Shown here in pieces: positions 8,803-17,767 of a DNA stretch of 64,000 nt (positions are counted from its first letter, which is position 1; each line of letters begins with the position of its first letter). The stretch covers positions 21,488 to 85,487 of the forward strand of contig CAZELK010000005.1 in assembly GCA_964513145.1 (NCBI GenBank), read 5' to 3'. This DNA is from Candidatus Woesearchaeota archaeon. Its GTDB lineage: Archaea > Nanobdellota > Nanobdellia > SCGC-AAA011-G17 > JACPIM01. The notes under the pieces were generated by a model. The model was not told the DNA's origin, did not search any database, and was given only the letters and a program-made list of their open reading frames with translations. Made by a program: the position numbers and the translations under genes.

Positions 8803-9525
8803 TTATAAAATTTCGTATTTTTTTAACAATTGATTAAACCTATTTTCTAAGAAAGGTATTCTAAAACCTATCTCCTTAAATTTTTCAAAATTTTCTTTTC
8901 TATAGATGGAAACTCTATACTGACCATTAGGTTGTTTTAATCTTGGTGCATATGTAAGATGAGAATTTATATCTATACTTTTTAATAAATTATAGATATC
9001 TTTAGCAAAAAATTCATCTCCACTTACAAATCTTATTTCAGTAAGCTTCTTTAGAATTGTACCTTCCATATCAAAAGCTTGTTTTAAATATTCTATTTTT
9101 ACTTTTTTTGGAGAATCAAATATCCAATTAGGAACACGCATTTGCTCATCTGATTTTGGAAGTTTAAGAATATAATATAAAAACCAAGCTAATGTTTTTG
9201 AGTTTACATAAATTTGTTTACCTTTAGAATTTTCTTTTCTAAATAAGATTATTTTATTTGAGAAGAGTTTTATAATTAAATCATTAAATAATTCTATTTT
9301 TCTTGGGTCTTTCTTTTGATGAAAAAATGTTCGCATTAAATCTTTTATTAAACTACCATCTGGCATTAAACCCATTAGTGAAGATACATCTTCATTTAAA
9401 ATAAATGGTAATTTAATAAAAATCGGTTTAGTCATATTAGAAACTTTTAATTGAAAATATTCTTCTTTTTGTTCTATCTTAAAATATTCTCTTAAATTAT
9501 TTTCATTAATAGATTTGTACTCCAT
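8803..9525 (-). CDS. Free-standing LAGLIDADG homing endonuclease-like protein (HEG2)
   Basis: Motifs VSSLMGLMPDGSL and YLKQAFDMEGTI; ends 38 bp upstream of the tRNA 5' end on the same strand. Confidence 0.8.
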   Translation of the reverse strand: MEYKSINENNLREYFKIEQKEEYFQLKVSNMTKPIFIKLPFILNEDVSSLMGLMPDGSLIKDLMRTFFHQKKDPRKIELFNDLIIKLFSNKIILFRKENSKGKQIYVNSKTLAWFLYYILKLPKSDEQMRVPNWIFDSPKKVKIEYLKQAFDMEGTILKKLTEIRFVSGDEFFAKDIYNLLKSIDINSHLTYAPRLKQPNGQYRVSIYRKENFEKFKEIGFRIPFLENRFNQLLKKYEIL

Positions 9526-9557
9526 AAAATAATAAAAATGTTTTATTATATAAGCGC

Positions 9558-9594
9558 TAGGCGGGTGTTTGTCTTGTCCAGTAGGTTTTGTCCA
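9558..9594. promoter_or_regulatory. 37-bp element directly upstream of the HEG2 BRE/TATA; second copy at 49790-49826
   Basis: taggcgggtgtttgtcttgtccagtaggttttgtcca vs taggcaggtgtttgtcttgtccagtagtttttgtcca (35/37 identical); contains two TGTCCA boxes. Confidence 0.75.
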
Positions 9595-9639
9595 ATAGCA
9601 AGCCTTTATTCTTGAATTAATAGTAATAAAAAATAAGTT

Positions 9640-9745
9640 CCGAAAAGTTTTCGGTGTCCAGTTCTTTTTTCTGAAAGATTTTTAGAGAAATCGGAAAGTT
9701 TACGAATTTACCGGAAGATTTACGATTTATTTGAAGAATGTTTGG
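9640..9745. promoter_or_regulatory. Array of 15-bp palindromic boxes
   Basis: Perfect CCGAAAAGTTTTCGG at 9640-9654; variants at 9671, 9691, 9711 and (weak) 9731 with a 20-bp period. Confidence 0.65.
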
Positions 9746-9827
9746 AGTTTATTTTTTAAAAGTTATTAACCAAAAATTGAAATTGACTCGAAAAGTTTAT
9801 ATATCATTAATATCATATAATTATATC

Positions 9828-10040
9828 ATGGCAGAAGTTAAAGCTATTATTCGAAAATGGGGGGATTCTCTCGCAATTATCATACCCAAAGATATTGCCA
9901 AATTAGAAAATATGAAACCTAATCAAAAAGTAAATGTCATTGTGAAAAAAAATATTGACTTATCTGATTTATTTGGCAAATGGAAAACTAAAAAAACTGC
10001 ACAAGATTTGAAAAATGAATCAAGAGAAGATTGGGTGTAA
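9828..10040 (+). CDS. AbrB/MazE-type antitoxin (VapB-like)
   Basis: IRKWGDSLAIIIPKDI motif; likely start is ATG 9828, with a TATA box ~30 bp upstream. Confidence 0.85.
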   Translation: MAEVKAIIRKWGDSLAIIIPKDIAKLENMKPNQKVNVIVKKNIDLSDLFGKWKTKKTAQDLKNESREDWV

Positions 10041-10042
10041 CA

Positions 10043-10405
10043 ATGTATTTTTTTGATACATATGCGCTTTATCAATTAGCCAAGGGCGAAGAAAATTATA
10101 GTATATTTAAAAATAATGCCGAGATAGCGACCTCCTTATTAAACTTGTATGAATTATATTATTCTTTATGCAGAGATAAAGAAGAAAAATTAGCGGAAGA
10201 TTTTTTTAATCGATTATTACCCTGCTGTTTAGATATTACTTCTGATGACATAAAACAAGCAGCCAAGATCAGATTAAAATACATTAAAAAGAAATTATCC
10301 TATATTGATGCTTTAGGTTATGCTCTATCTTGGAGGCAAAATATTTTGTTTTTAACTGGTGATAAGGAGTTTGAGAATTTAGAAAATGTTTATTTTTTAA
10401 AGTAA
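10043..10405 (+). CDS. vapC: PIN-domain toxin (VapC family)
   Basis: YFFDTYAL, LNLYEL, LSYIDALGY and FLTGDKEF PIN motifs. Confidence 0.85.
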   Translation: MYFFDTYALYQLAKGEENYSIFKNNAEIATSLLNLYELYYSLCRDKEEKLAEDFFNRLLPCCLDITSDDIKQAAKIRLKYIKKKLSYIDALGYALSWRQNILFLTGDKEFENLENVYFLK

Positions 10406-10454
10406 TTATATAAAATTTCTATTATATAAATTATTATTACAAAATATGCTTTTT

Positions 10455-11207
10455 TTATTTTTTTAAGACAATATTCAGAACATCGTAAATATTTTCTACT
10501 TCTATTACTTCCAGATTTAGTTCATCTTTTGCATAATCTTTCAAATCAAATCTCTTTGGAATATAGCTCGTTTTGTAAAAAACCAACCCGTTTCTTTTAA
10601 CTTCCTTTATTTCTTTTTCATAATAACTTATAGAACTTTGGCCTTTTGGTATTAAAAATATTTTTTTATTCTTTTCTGCAGCAGCTTCTGCTTTTTCTAC
10701 TACCCCACCTATTTGACCTATTGTACCGTCTTCCCTAATTGTTCCAGTTATAACTATATCATTTCTTAGTTCTTTGCCCAATAAAACTGAAACTGTTGCT
10801 GCTGTCATCGCAGCTCCAGCTGAAGGACCTCCAAGAACGTCGCTTTCTATATCAAATGTGTAGATTAAATTATGATTTCCTATTTTTTTTATTGCGACTT
10901 GTTGAGCTATATTGGCAGCCACATTTGCACTATATTGTGTGTCTGGCTCTAAGAATGGATCTGTATTTACTAATATTTTTCCGTCTCCAGGAGTTATTTC
11001 GACATTTACTTTACCCAATACTCCGCGATTATCTTTAGATGATACTGCAGCTATACTTGTTGAGGCTTTTTCTAATTTTACCTGATCTAATACTTCTGCC
11101 CCAGTTATAATATTAGTTTGCAATGGTTGTGAAGGAATTAAAATAGTTGCAACTAAAAAACCTGCCAAAAATAATATGATGTAATTTAATAGTTGGTTAG
11201 TTTTCAT
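10455..11207 (-). CDS. Membrane-anchored S16 (Lon proteolytic domain) serine protease
   Basis: GGPSAGAAMT Ser motif and IGQIGGVVEKAEAA Lys motif; N-terminal TM; no ATPase domain. Confidence 0.8.
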   Translation of the reverse strand: MKTNQLLNYIILFLAGFLVATILIPSQPLQTNIITGAEVLDQVKLEKASTSIAAVSSKDNRGVLGKVNVEITPGDGKILVNTDPFLEPDTQYSANVAANIAQQVAIKKIGNHNLIYTFDIESDVLGGPSAGAAMTAATVSVLLGKELRNDIVITGTIREDGTIGQIGGVVEKAEAAAEKNKKIFLIPKGQSSISYYEKEIKEVKRNGLVFYKTSYIPKRFDLKDYAKDELNLEVIEVENIYDVLNIVLKK

Positions 11208-11300
11208 CTTATATTGTAATATATATTTTAATATATAATATATTCTAAACCCATTATACTTTACCATAACCTATAAAAATCTTTTGAATAGTTAATTTAT

Positions 11301-11657
11301 ATGCCAGATTTAATAGCTTGTTTATCTGTTGGAAAAGGAACATGGGGGCATGTTGGCAGAATAGTACAAGAAGCTAGCTGGGACAAGATTTTTTTAATTA
11401 CAAATGAATATGGTAAAGAAAACTTTACTAAAAATGACAAGACTGAATTTATTGTTGTTAATTCCAATCAAGGCTTAAAAGAATTAAGGGAAGAAATTTA
11501 CAATAAATTGAAAGAAAAAGTAACTGGTACTGAAGTTGGAATTAATTTTATTTCCGGTTCTGGAAAAGAACATATGGCTTTAATGAGTGCTATTTTAAAA
11601 CTAGGTGTTGGGATAAGATTAGTTGCTTTGACAAAAGACGGAATGGAAGAAATATGA
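11301..11657 (+). CDS. Conserved hypothetical protein, Rossmann-like (possible CARF-like fold)
   Basis: LIACLSVGKGTW, DKIFLIT and GINFISGSGKEHMALMSAIL pattern. Confidence 0.55.
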   Translation: MPDLIACLSVGKGTWGHVGRIVQEASWDKIFLITNEYGKENFTKNDKTEFIVVNSNQGLKELREEIYNKLKEKVTGTEVGINFISGSGKEHMALMSAILKLGVGIRLVALTKDGMEEI

Positions 11658-11818
11658 AAACCAAGGTTCTTATCAACTCCTAACAAAAAGATTGGAATTA
11701 TATGTTCATATTTAAAAAAATTAATGCTATAATTAGAGTGTATATATAGTTATTTTTGCATGCCCACTTTATTTTATAAAAATTGCTTCCTTGAAATCTA
11801 CCCAAGCATAGGTATCTA

Positions 11819-12052
11819 TCATATATTGTATTTTTCAATCTGCTCTTTTAATTCATCCTCTTCCGTGAATTTCTCCATTTCTTTTAATGTTCCAAAATAA
11901 TCTTTTTTTAATTTTTTTAATCTTGTCGTAACATCTAATTTTCTTAAATGTTCCAATTTCTTAGGAAGGTTTTCTACCAAAAAGCTGGGAATATTAAAAG
12001 AATCTGGATTTTTTTCACTTGACATTATTATGTCTCCAATAGTGTTCATCAC
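11819..12052 (-). CDS. Small hypothetical protein
   Basis: ORF only; charged helical composition. Confidence 0.35.
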   Translation of the reverse strand: MMNTIGDIIMSSEKNPDSFNIPSFLVENLPKKLEHLRKLDVTTRLKKLKKDYFGTLKEMEKFTEEDELKEQIEKYNI

Positions 12053-12241
12053 TAAATCTTATTTCTTTTGTTAATGTTATTTAGTCTTCTCCTATAACTA
12101 AAACTTCTGCCATAAATTAGTAATATTTTGACTATTTATAATTTTTATTATTTATTTTACTATGTGCAGAGTCCCCAATTATTTTACTATATAATTTGAC
12201 AGCACAATAAATATTTTATACTCTTAAACTTCTAAAAACTT

Positions 12242-13297
12242 ATGAGCTTATTTGATAATCGACTAAAAGGAAGTGAATCTTTATTTATTGATGAAAGTGT
12301 CTTTGATTTAGATTATTTACCACATATTATTAAGTTTAGAGAAAATCAACAAAAGTATATTGCAGATTGTATTAAGCCTTTATTAGAAGGTAGAAATGGA
12401 AAAAATCTAGTAATCACAGGCACTTCGGGAATTGGCAAAACTGCAGCAACCAGGTTTGTTTTAAGAGAACTTGAAGAAAAAGGACTGGATGATGAAGCTT
12501 TACCAATTTATATAAACTGCTGGAAAAAGGATACGGGTTATAAAATTGTTCTTGAAATTTGTGATCAGTTAAAATATAGGTTTATACAAGGAAAACATAC
12601 TGACCAATTATTAAAGGAAATTACCAAAATATTAAATAAAAAACCAGTTATATTAGTTCTGGATGAAGCAGACAAGCTACAGGATTTACAGATTCTTTAT
12701 TTATTATTAGAAGATCTAAATAGAAAGGGAATATATTTAATAACAAATAATTTAGAATTCCTAAGCAGCATGGATAACAGAATAAGATCCAGGTTAATGG
12801 CAGAATTATTAGAATTTAAGCCTTATAATCCTGAAGAAACTTATGGAATTTTAAAACAAAGAGTTGAATATGGGTTTGCGAAGAATGTTTTTAGTGAGGG
12901 GGCATTAAAGCTAATAACAAATAAAACCCATGAAAAAAACGATTTAAGGCTCGGGATTTTTCTTTTAAGGGAAAGCGGAATGGCTGCTGAGAATGAAAGT
13001 TCAAAACTTATTTTAGAGAAACATGCTCTGGAAGCTATTGAAAAATTAAAAGATTTCAAAATAGAGAATTCGGAGAATATCGAAAAAACAAAAAAAAGCA
13101 TCTTAAATTTAATAAAAGAAAATTCCGGGAAAAGCTGTCTTGATTTATTTACCTTATATAGGCACGAAGGCGGGAGGAAAAGTTACAGGACGTTTTCAAG
13201 AAAAATAGCCAGCTTAGTTGAAAAAGGACTGGCTTCAAGAAAAGAAATTATTAAAGGCACTGGCAAGTCAAGTATAATTGAATATTCCAAGAACTAA
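12242..13297 (+). CDS. cdc6: Cdc6/Orc1-family AAA+ replication initiator
   Basis: Walker A GTSGIGKT, IYINC, Walker B LVLDEAD, RIRSRL, FKPYN and a C-terminal wHTH. Confidence 0.9.
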   Translation: MSLFDNRLKGSESLFIDESVFDLDYLPHIIKFRENQQKYIADCIKPLLEGRNGKNLVITGTSGIGKTAATRFVLRELEEKGLDDEALPIYINCWKKDTGYKIVLEICDQLKYRFIQGKHTDQLLKEITKILNKKPVILVLDEADKLQDLQILYLLLEDLNRKGIYLITNNLEFLSSMDNRIRSRLMAELLEFKPYNPEETYGILKQRVEYGFAKNVFSEGALKLITNKTHEKNDLRLGIFLLRESGMAAENESSKLILEKHALEAIEKLKDFKIENSENIEKTKKSILNLIKENSGKSCLDLFTLYRHEGGRKSYRTFSRKIASLVEKGLASRKEIIKGTGKSSIIEYSKN

Positions 13298-13681
13298 TTA
13301 TTTTACAAATTCAACATTAGCCATATTTTCAAACTCCTTATCACCAGTTAAAAATTTTAGGTTATTTTTTTTGGCATAAACATAACCTATGCAATCAGTA
13401 TATGATAAATCATTTTTTTTATTTTCTTTTCTAAATTTGATTGCTTCTTTTAAAATTTCATCTTTAATTTCTACTATAGCGGGTTTATAACAATCGTATA
13501 ATTTATTCGCTTCCTTTTCTCCCAATTCATTTAAAAAATTCCAATATACCTCGGCAAGATTAAAAATTGTTAATATTATTGGTTCTTCTGAATAATTTTT
13601 ATAATTAATGTTGCCTTTTTCAAGTTCGATTATTGCATAACTATCCCAAAAATATTTAATGCCAACCCTTTCTTGCATCAT
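13298..13681 (-). CDS. vapC: PIN-domain toxin (VapC family)
   Basis: YFWDSYA, FNLAEV, LSYTDCIGY and FLTGDKEF. Confidence 0.85.
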   Translation of the reverse strand: MMQERVGIKYFWDSYAIIELEKGNINYKNYSEEPIILTIFNLAEVYWNFLNELGEKEANKLYDCYKPAIVEIKDEILKEAIKFRKENKKNDLSYTDCIGYVYAKKNNLKFLTGDKEFENMANVEFVK

Positions 13682-13874
13682 CTTTCAATTCTTGCCCTGA
13701 CTTTTTTATTTTACCCTTAAATCTTCCAAAAAATTCTCCGGCTATTGGTCTGTTTTTTATTTCAATAATTATTTTGTCATTTTCTTTTATTTTTTTAGCA
13801 TCCACTATTTCTTTTGGTATAATTATACCTATTGAGCTTCCCCATTTTTTAGCTATTGTTTTAATCTCTTCCAT
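13656..13874 (-). CDS. AbrB/MazE-type antitoxin
   Basis: KKWGSSIGIIIPKE motif; tandem ttagttatat repeats just upstream (13879-13898). Confidence 0.85.
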   Translation of the reverse strand: MEEIKTIAKKWGSSIGIIIPKEIVDAKKIKENDKIIIEIKNRPIAGEFFGRFKGKIKKSGQELKDDARKGWH

Positions 13875-13945
13875 AACATTAGTTATATTTAGTTATATTT
13901 AAACCTTGCTATCTATTTATAAATCTTTTAAATTTAAAAGTTTAT

Positions 13946-14533
13946 ATGAAAATCTTAGCTTTTACAGATGTCCATGGAAACAAGAAAATTATAAAGGAAA
14001 TTATTGAGAAAGCGAAAAAAGCTGATATTTTAATCTGTTGTGGGGATATGACTAACTATGGCAATGAGCTTGAAAATATTCTTAAAAGATTTAAAGATTT
14101 AAAAAAAAATATGGTACTAATTCCTGGAAATCATGAGGATTATGAAGATATAAAATTATTATGTAATAAATATGATTTCTTAATAAATGTGCATCTTAGA
14201 ATGTTTAAATATGGAGACTTTTTATTTTTTGGTTATGGGACTGGGGGATTTAATTATGTTGATATTGAATTAGAAGAAAAAATGAAGAAAATTAAATTTG
14301 ATAAGAAAGACAAGATCATTTTTATTACGCATGGACCGCCTTATGGAACAAAACTGGATAAGCTGGATGGTTTAGGTTATAGGGGGAGCAGAACTTTAAG
14401 AAAGTTTATTGAAAGATTTAAACCAAAACTTTATCTTTGCGGGCATTTACATGAAAACTTCGGAAAACAAGAGAAGATTGGAGAGACTTTAATAATTAAT
14501 CCTGGGAGAACTGGAATGATTATTGAAATTTAG
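13946..14533 (+). CDS. Metallophosphoesterase (calcineurin-like)
   Basis: TDVHG, CGD, PGNHE, ITHGPP and CGHLHE. Confidence 0.9.
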   Translation: MKILAFTDVHGNKKIIKEIIEKAKKADILICCGDMTNYGNELENILKRFKDLKKNMVLIPGNHEDYEDIKLLCNKYDFLINVHLRMFKYGDFLFFGYGTGGFNYVDIELEEKMKKIKFDKKDKIIFITHGPPYGTKLDKLDGLGYRGSRTLRKFIERFKPKLYLCGHLHENFGKQEKIGETLIINPGRTGMIIEI

Positions 14534-14537
14534 AGTT

Positions 14538-15320
14538 TTATTTTAAAAATAATTTTTGATAATTCATATATATATTATTTTCTACTTCAAGTTTATCCAT
14601 GTTTTTTAATTCAGCTATTTTTTTAATTGTATATTGAATAAAAGCAGGTTCATTTTTTTTGTCTAGAAAGGGGGATAGCCATGGGCAGTCTGTTTCTGTC
14701 AATAACTGGTTTATATTTACTATTTTCGCGAGCATTTGGAAATGTTCTGAGCGTTGTATTATACATGGAATAGAGAAATAATAACCTAATTTTTCTGCTC
14801 CTAATATCAGTTTTTTATTGCCAGAAAACATATGTAAGTGCACTTTTTTAGCATTGGATTGCTCCAAAATATCTATAGTCTCCTTTTCAGCCCCTCTTGA
14901 ATGTACAATTAAAGGCTTGTTTATTTTCTCACTTAATTCTATTATCCTTTGAAAATTTTTAATCTGATTTTCTTTATCTTTAGAGAACTTAAAATCCAAG
15001 CCAATTTCCCCTACACCGATTATTTTGCCTTTATTTTTTTTGATAAATTCTAAAGTAAAATCAATATCAAATTTAGTATTTCTATCATAATCATCATAAC
15101 CTTCAATAACTGAAACATTTAAAGCATTTAACGGATATATTCCCAAAGCGGGTTTTATTATTTCATATTTTTTAGATAATTCTAAAACTTTCAAATTGTT
15201 TTCATGATTTACTCCCTGAGTTATTATTGCTTTGACATTTTCTTTTTTTGATCTTTCTATAACTTCCTTTAATTCTTCGTCAGAAAACCTGTCCAAATGT
15301 GCATGAGCGTCGATTAACAT
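14538..15320 (-). CDS. tatD: TatD-family deoxyribonuclease
   Basis: IDAHAHLD, VGEIGLDF, IVHSR, LHMF and LTETDCPW. Confidence 0.9.
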   Translation of the reverse strand: MLIDAHAHLDRFSDEELKEVIERSKKENVKAIITQGVNHENNLKVLELSKKYEIIKPALGIYPLNALNVSVIEGYDDYDRNTKFDIDFTLEFIKKNKGKIIGVGEIGLDFKFSKDKENQIKNFQRIIELSEKINKPLIVHSRGAEKETIDILEQSNAKKVHLHMFSGNKKLILGAEKLGYYFSIPCIIQRSEHFQMLAKIVNINQLLTETDCPWLSPFLDKKNEPAFIQYTIKKIAELKNMDKLEVENNIYMNYQKLFLK

Positions 15321-15355
15321 TTTTATGAAAGCAATGGTTTGTGTGAATATTAATT

Positions 15356-15589
15356 TTATTTAAGTAGCTCTTTAAATTTTTCTTTTGTAAGTCCAGATTG
15401 ATGCAATATACTAAGCAAGGTTCCTTTAGCAAGTTCTTTATGTAATGGAATTGGAACTACTTTCTTTCCAAAATTATCTTCTTTTTTTAAAATTGCGTGA
15501 TCACCAGTTGTTCTAATATGTTGAAAACCTAATTTTATTAATATTTTAAGTACTTCATTGCCAGATACTACAGGTAATTTTGACATCAA
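15356..15589 (-). CDS. hicA: HicA-family toxin
   Basis: LPVVSGNEVLKIL...GFQHIRTTGDHAILKK...VPIPLHKELAKGTLLSIL. Confidence 0.85.
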   Translation of the reverse strand: MMSKLPVVSGNEVLKILIKLGFQHIRTTGDHAILKKEDNFGKKVVPIPLHKELAKGTLLSILHQSGLTKEKFKELLK

Positions 15590-15822
15590 ACCTCTACAAA
15601 AGAAAAAGTTGGAGGGCTATCTCTTTCTACATCATTTAGCTTTTCAGGAAATTCTTCTAAATAAAGATCAATAGCTTCCTTAATATTCTTGGTAGCTTCT
15701 TCAATAGTGCTTCCTTGACTAGTAATTCCTAAACTAGTACAATGGGCTACAAAGACATCTTCTTTAGTGCTTAGTTTTTCCTTTACTATTACAATATCAA
15801 GATAATATTTACCTTTCAACAT
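15586..15822 (-). CDS. hicB: HicB-family antitoxin
   Basis: FVAHCTSLGITSQGSTIEEATKNIKEAIDLY. Confidence 0.85.
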   Translation of the reverse strand: MLKGKYYLDIVIVKEKLSTKEDVFVAHCTSLGITSQGSTIEEATKNIKEAIDLYLEEFPEKLNDVERDSPPTFSFVEV

Positions 15823-15897
15823 TCTTAAATTAAAGAGCTAAATCTATATAAGATTTATGTTTTAGTTATTTTGTAATATAAATTGTAAATGGCTTTT

Positions 15898-17073
15898 TTA
15901 GATAAATGGTCGGAATATAAAACTAAATAATTTAATGAAATAAGGCATTAAATTTATGAAAATAACAATTAATAAAAAGTAACTAATAATAGACCAGAAT
16001 TTTTGCGCTTTCTTTTCTTCTTTAAATATGACTGATGACAATACTAAAAACATTCTTCCACCATCTATTGGGCCCAAAGGCAATAAATTAAATAATCCTA
16101 CACCCAAATTTACTATAAATAACCAAAATACTAGTTTTAACAACCATAAAACTGAATTTCCAAAAACTTCATTTACATTAGGTTTTATTTTTGTATTTAT
16201 TGAAAAGTCTGTTATTCCAATAAATCCTCTTGAACTATTCCCAGGATTTTTTTCTGTTATCAAATCAAATCTACCTTTATCAGTTTCTAAAATTATCTTT
16301 TCATTTGGCTTAACTTGGTCTGTAATTGATGTAAAATCCTTTAAACTTTTAATTTCTTTTTCATTAATTGAGTTTATCTTGAATGGTGTTTGAATATCTG
16401 CTTTGGCTGCAGGATAACCTGGAACTAATTTATTTACTTGGATACTTTCAAAATCAATTATTTTATTCTGAACTGGAAGAGAAACAAAACTAATCACTAA
16501 CAGCAAAACCATTGCCAAGGCTATATTTGAAAATGCGCCAGCAGACAATATTGCCAGTTGCTCTTTATTTGAAGCTTTTTGCAGTGATTTTTCATCAGGT
16601 TCTACAAATGCGCCCAAGATTGGACCGAAAAAAAGAAAGCCAGAGTTTTTTACTTTTATTGAAAATAATCTTGCGAATACGCCATGTGAAAACTCGTGAA
16701 TAACAGCAACAATAAAAATTGAAATTATCCAATGCCAAAATGACAAAACTGGCAACCCTGGGACTTTTACTCCAGGCAGTACTGGCGCCAAGGCAGGCTG
16801 GGCATTTGGAATAAACAATAAATCAAAAGTGCCTTTTAATAAAATATAAACAATAAAAATCATTCCAGCAAAACCAATAAAAATGCTTACATAAGACAAT
16901 GGGCGAAGAATTATTTTAAATTTCTTTGCTATATTATCCATTAATTTAAGCCCTAATTTAGTTCTGCAAATAAAAAGAATTTTTCCTTTAACTTCAAATT
17001 TATCTTTGTTAAAAAAATAAAATACTAATAATAATAAAAAGAAGATTACTGCTAAAATTAAGTCTATATTCAT
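15898..17073 (-). CDS. Site-2 protease (M50) with PDZ domain
   Basis: HEFSHG, GAFVEPD and FNLLPLGPIDGG; PDZ-like PGYPAAKA. Confidence 0.9.
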   Translation of the reverse strand: MNIDLILAVIFFLLLLVFYFFNKDKFEVKGKILFICRTKLGLKLMDNIAKKFKIILRPLSYVSIFIGFAGMIFIVYILLKGTFDLLFIPNAQPALAPVLPGVKVPGLPVLSFWHWIISIFIVAVIHEFSHGVFARLFSIKVKNSGFLFFGPILGAFVEPDEKSLQKASNKEQLAILSAGAFSNIALAMVLLLVISFVSLPVQNKIIDFESIQVNKLVPGYPAAKADIQTPFKINSINEKEIKSLKDFTSITDQVKPNEKIILETDKGRFDLITEKNPGNSSRGFIGITDFSINTKIKPNVNEVFGNSVLWLLKLVFWLFIVNLGVGLFNLLPLGPIDGGRMFLVLSSVIFKEEKKAQKFWSIISYFLLIVIFINLMPYFIKLFSFIFRPFI

Positions 17074-17105
17074 CTTTTTTTATAAAATAAATGATATTAA
17101 ATAGT

Positions 17106-17279
17106 TTACTTCTGGACTTTTTTACTTTTTATAACTCTAAAACTTCTTCTGCCACACTTTTTACAGCTGACTTCCTTGTTTAGAATTTTACTTACACTAG
17201 CCCTTATTTTTGTTTTGCACTTTCTGCAAACAAATACGCCATGAAATAATCTTGCTGTTGCTTCTGTAAATCTTACCAT
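17106..17279 (-). CDS. rpl40e: 50S ribosomal protein L40e
   Basis: Manual translation MVRFTEATARLFHGVFVCRKCKTKIRA...CKKCGRRSFR (57 aa); not in the ORF track. Confidence 0.8.
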   Translation of the reverse strand: MVRFTEATARLFHGVFVCRKCKTKIRASVSKILNKEVSCKKCGRRSFRVIKSKKVQK

Positions 17280-17280
17280 T

Positions 17281-17676
17281 TTATACTGCCTTAATTTGCA
17301 TAATTACTTTCTGATTTAAAATTATCCAATAAATAACCTGGATTCCTTCTGCTACCTTGTCTTTTAATTCTTCTGGTATTTTAAGATCAAATGTTTCAAA
17401 AGACTCCAAGTCCATAACATTTGCTTCTGTGTCTTTAATTGACAAAACCTGTGCTGTTTTTTTCTCTATTAATGGGATATCGACTTTATCGCCACCAGGC
17501 ATAACTTTTATGATTTTTTGATCATCTAAAATTGAGACTGCCTCTATTCTTGCCTTGGCATGACCATGCTTACCTGACTTTCCCACCTGAATGTCTCTGA
17601 TTACACAGGCCTTACCATCAAAAACTATTGTATTTCCCTTTTTTAAAGTACTTGCAGGTACTTGCTTCATACTCAT
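17281..17676 (-). CDS. eif5a: Translation factor aIF-5A
   Basis: Hypusine loop GKSGKHGHAKARI. Confidence 0.95.
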   Translation of the reverse strand: MSMKQVPASTLKKGNTIVFDGKACVIRDIQVGKSGKHGHAKARIEAVSILDDQKIIKVMPGGDKVDIPLIEKKTAQVLSIKDTEANVMDLESFETFDLKIPEELKDKVAEGIQVIYWIILNQKVIMQIKAV

Positions 17677-17767
17677 AAAAAAACAAAATTACTATTTCTT
17701 TATAAAGATTTGCTTTAAATTTTTTATTATCAAAATATTTATAAAACTATAAAAGGCATCACACTTT

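Noticed and set aside
9640-9745. 20-bp-period repeats as a CRISPR array
   Set aside because: Units are 15 bp, degenerate and separated by only 5 bp; no spacers or cas genes.
12050-12241. Replication origin next to cdc6
   Set aside because: AT-rich, but no repeated ORB-like boxes could be recognised.
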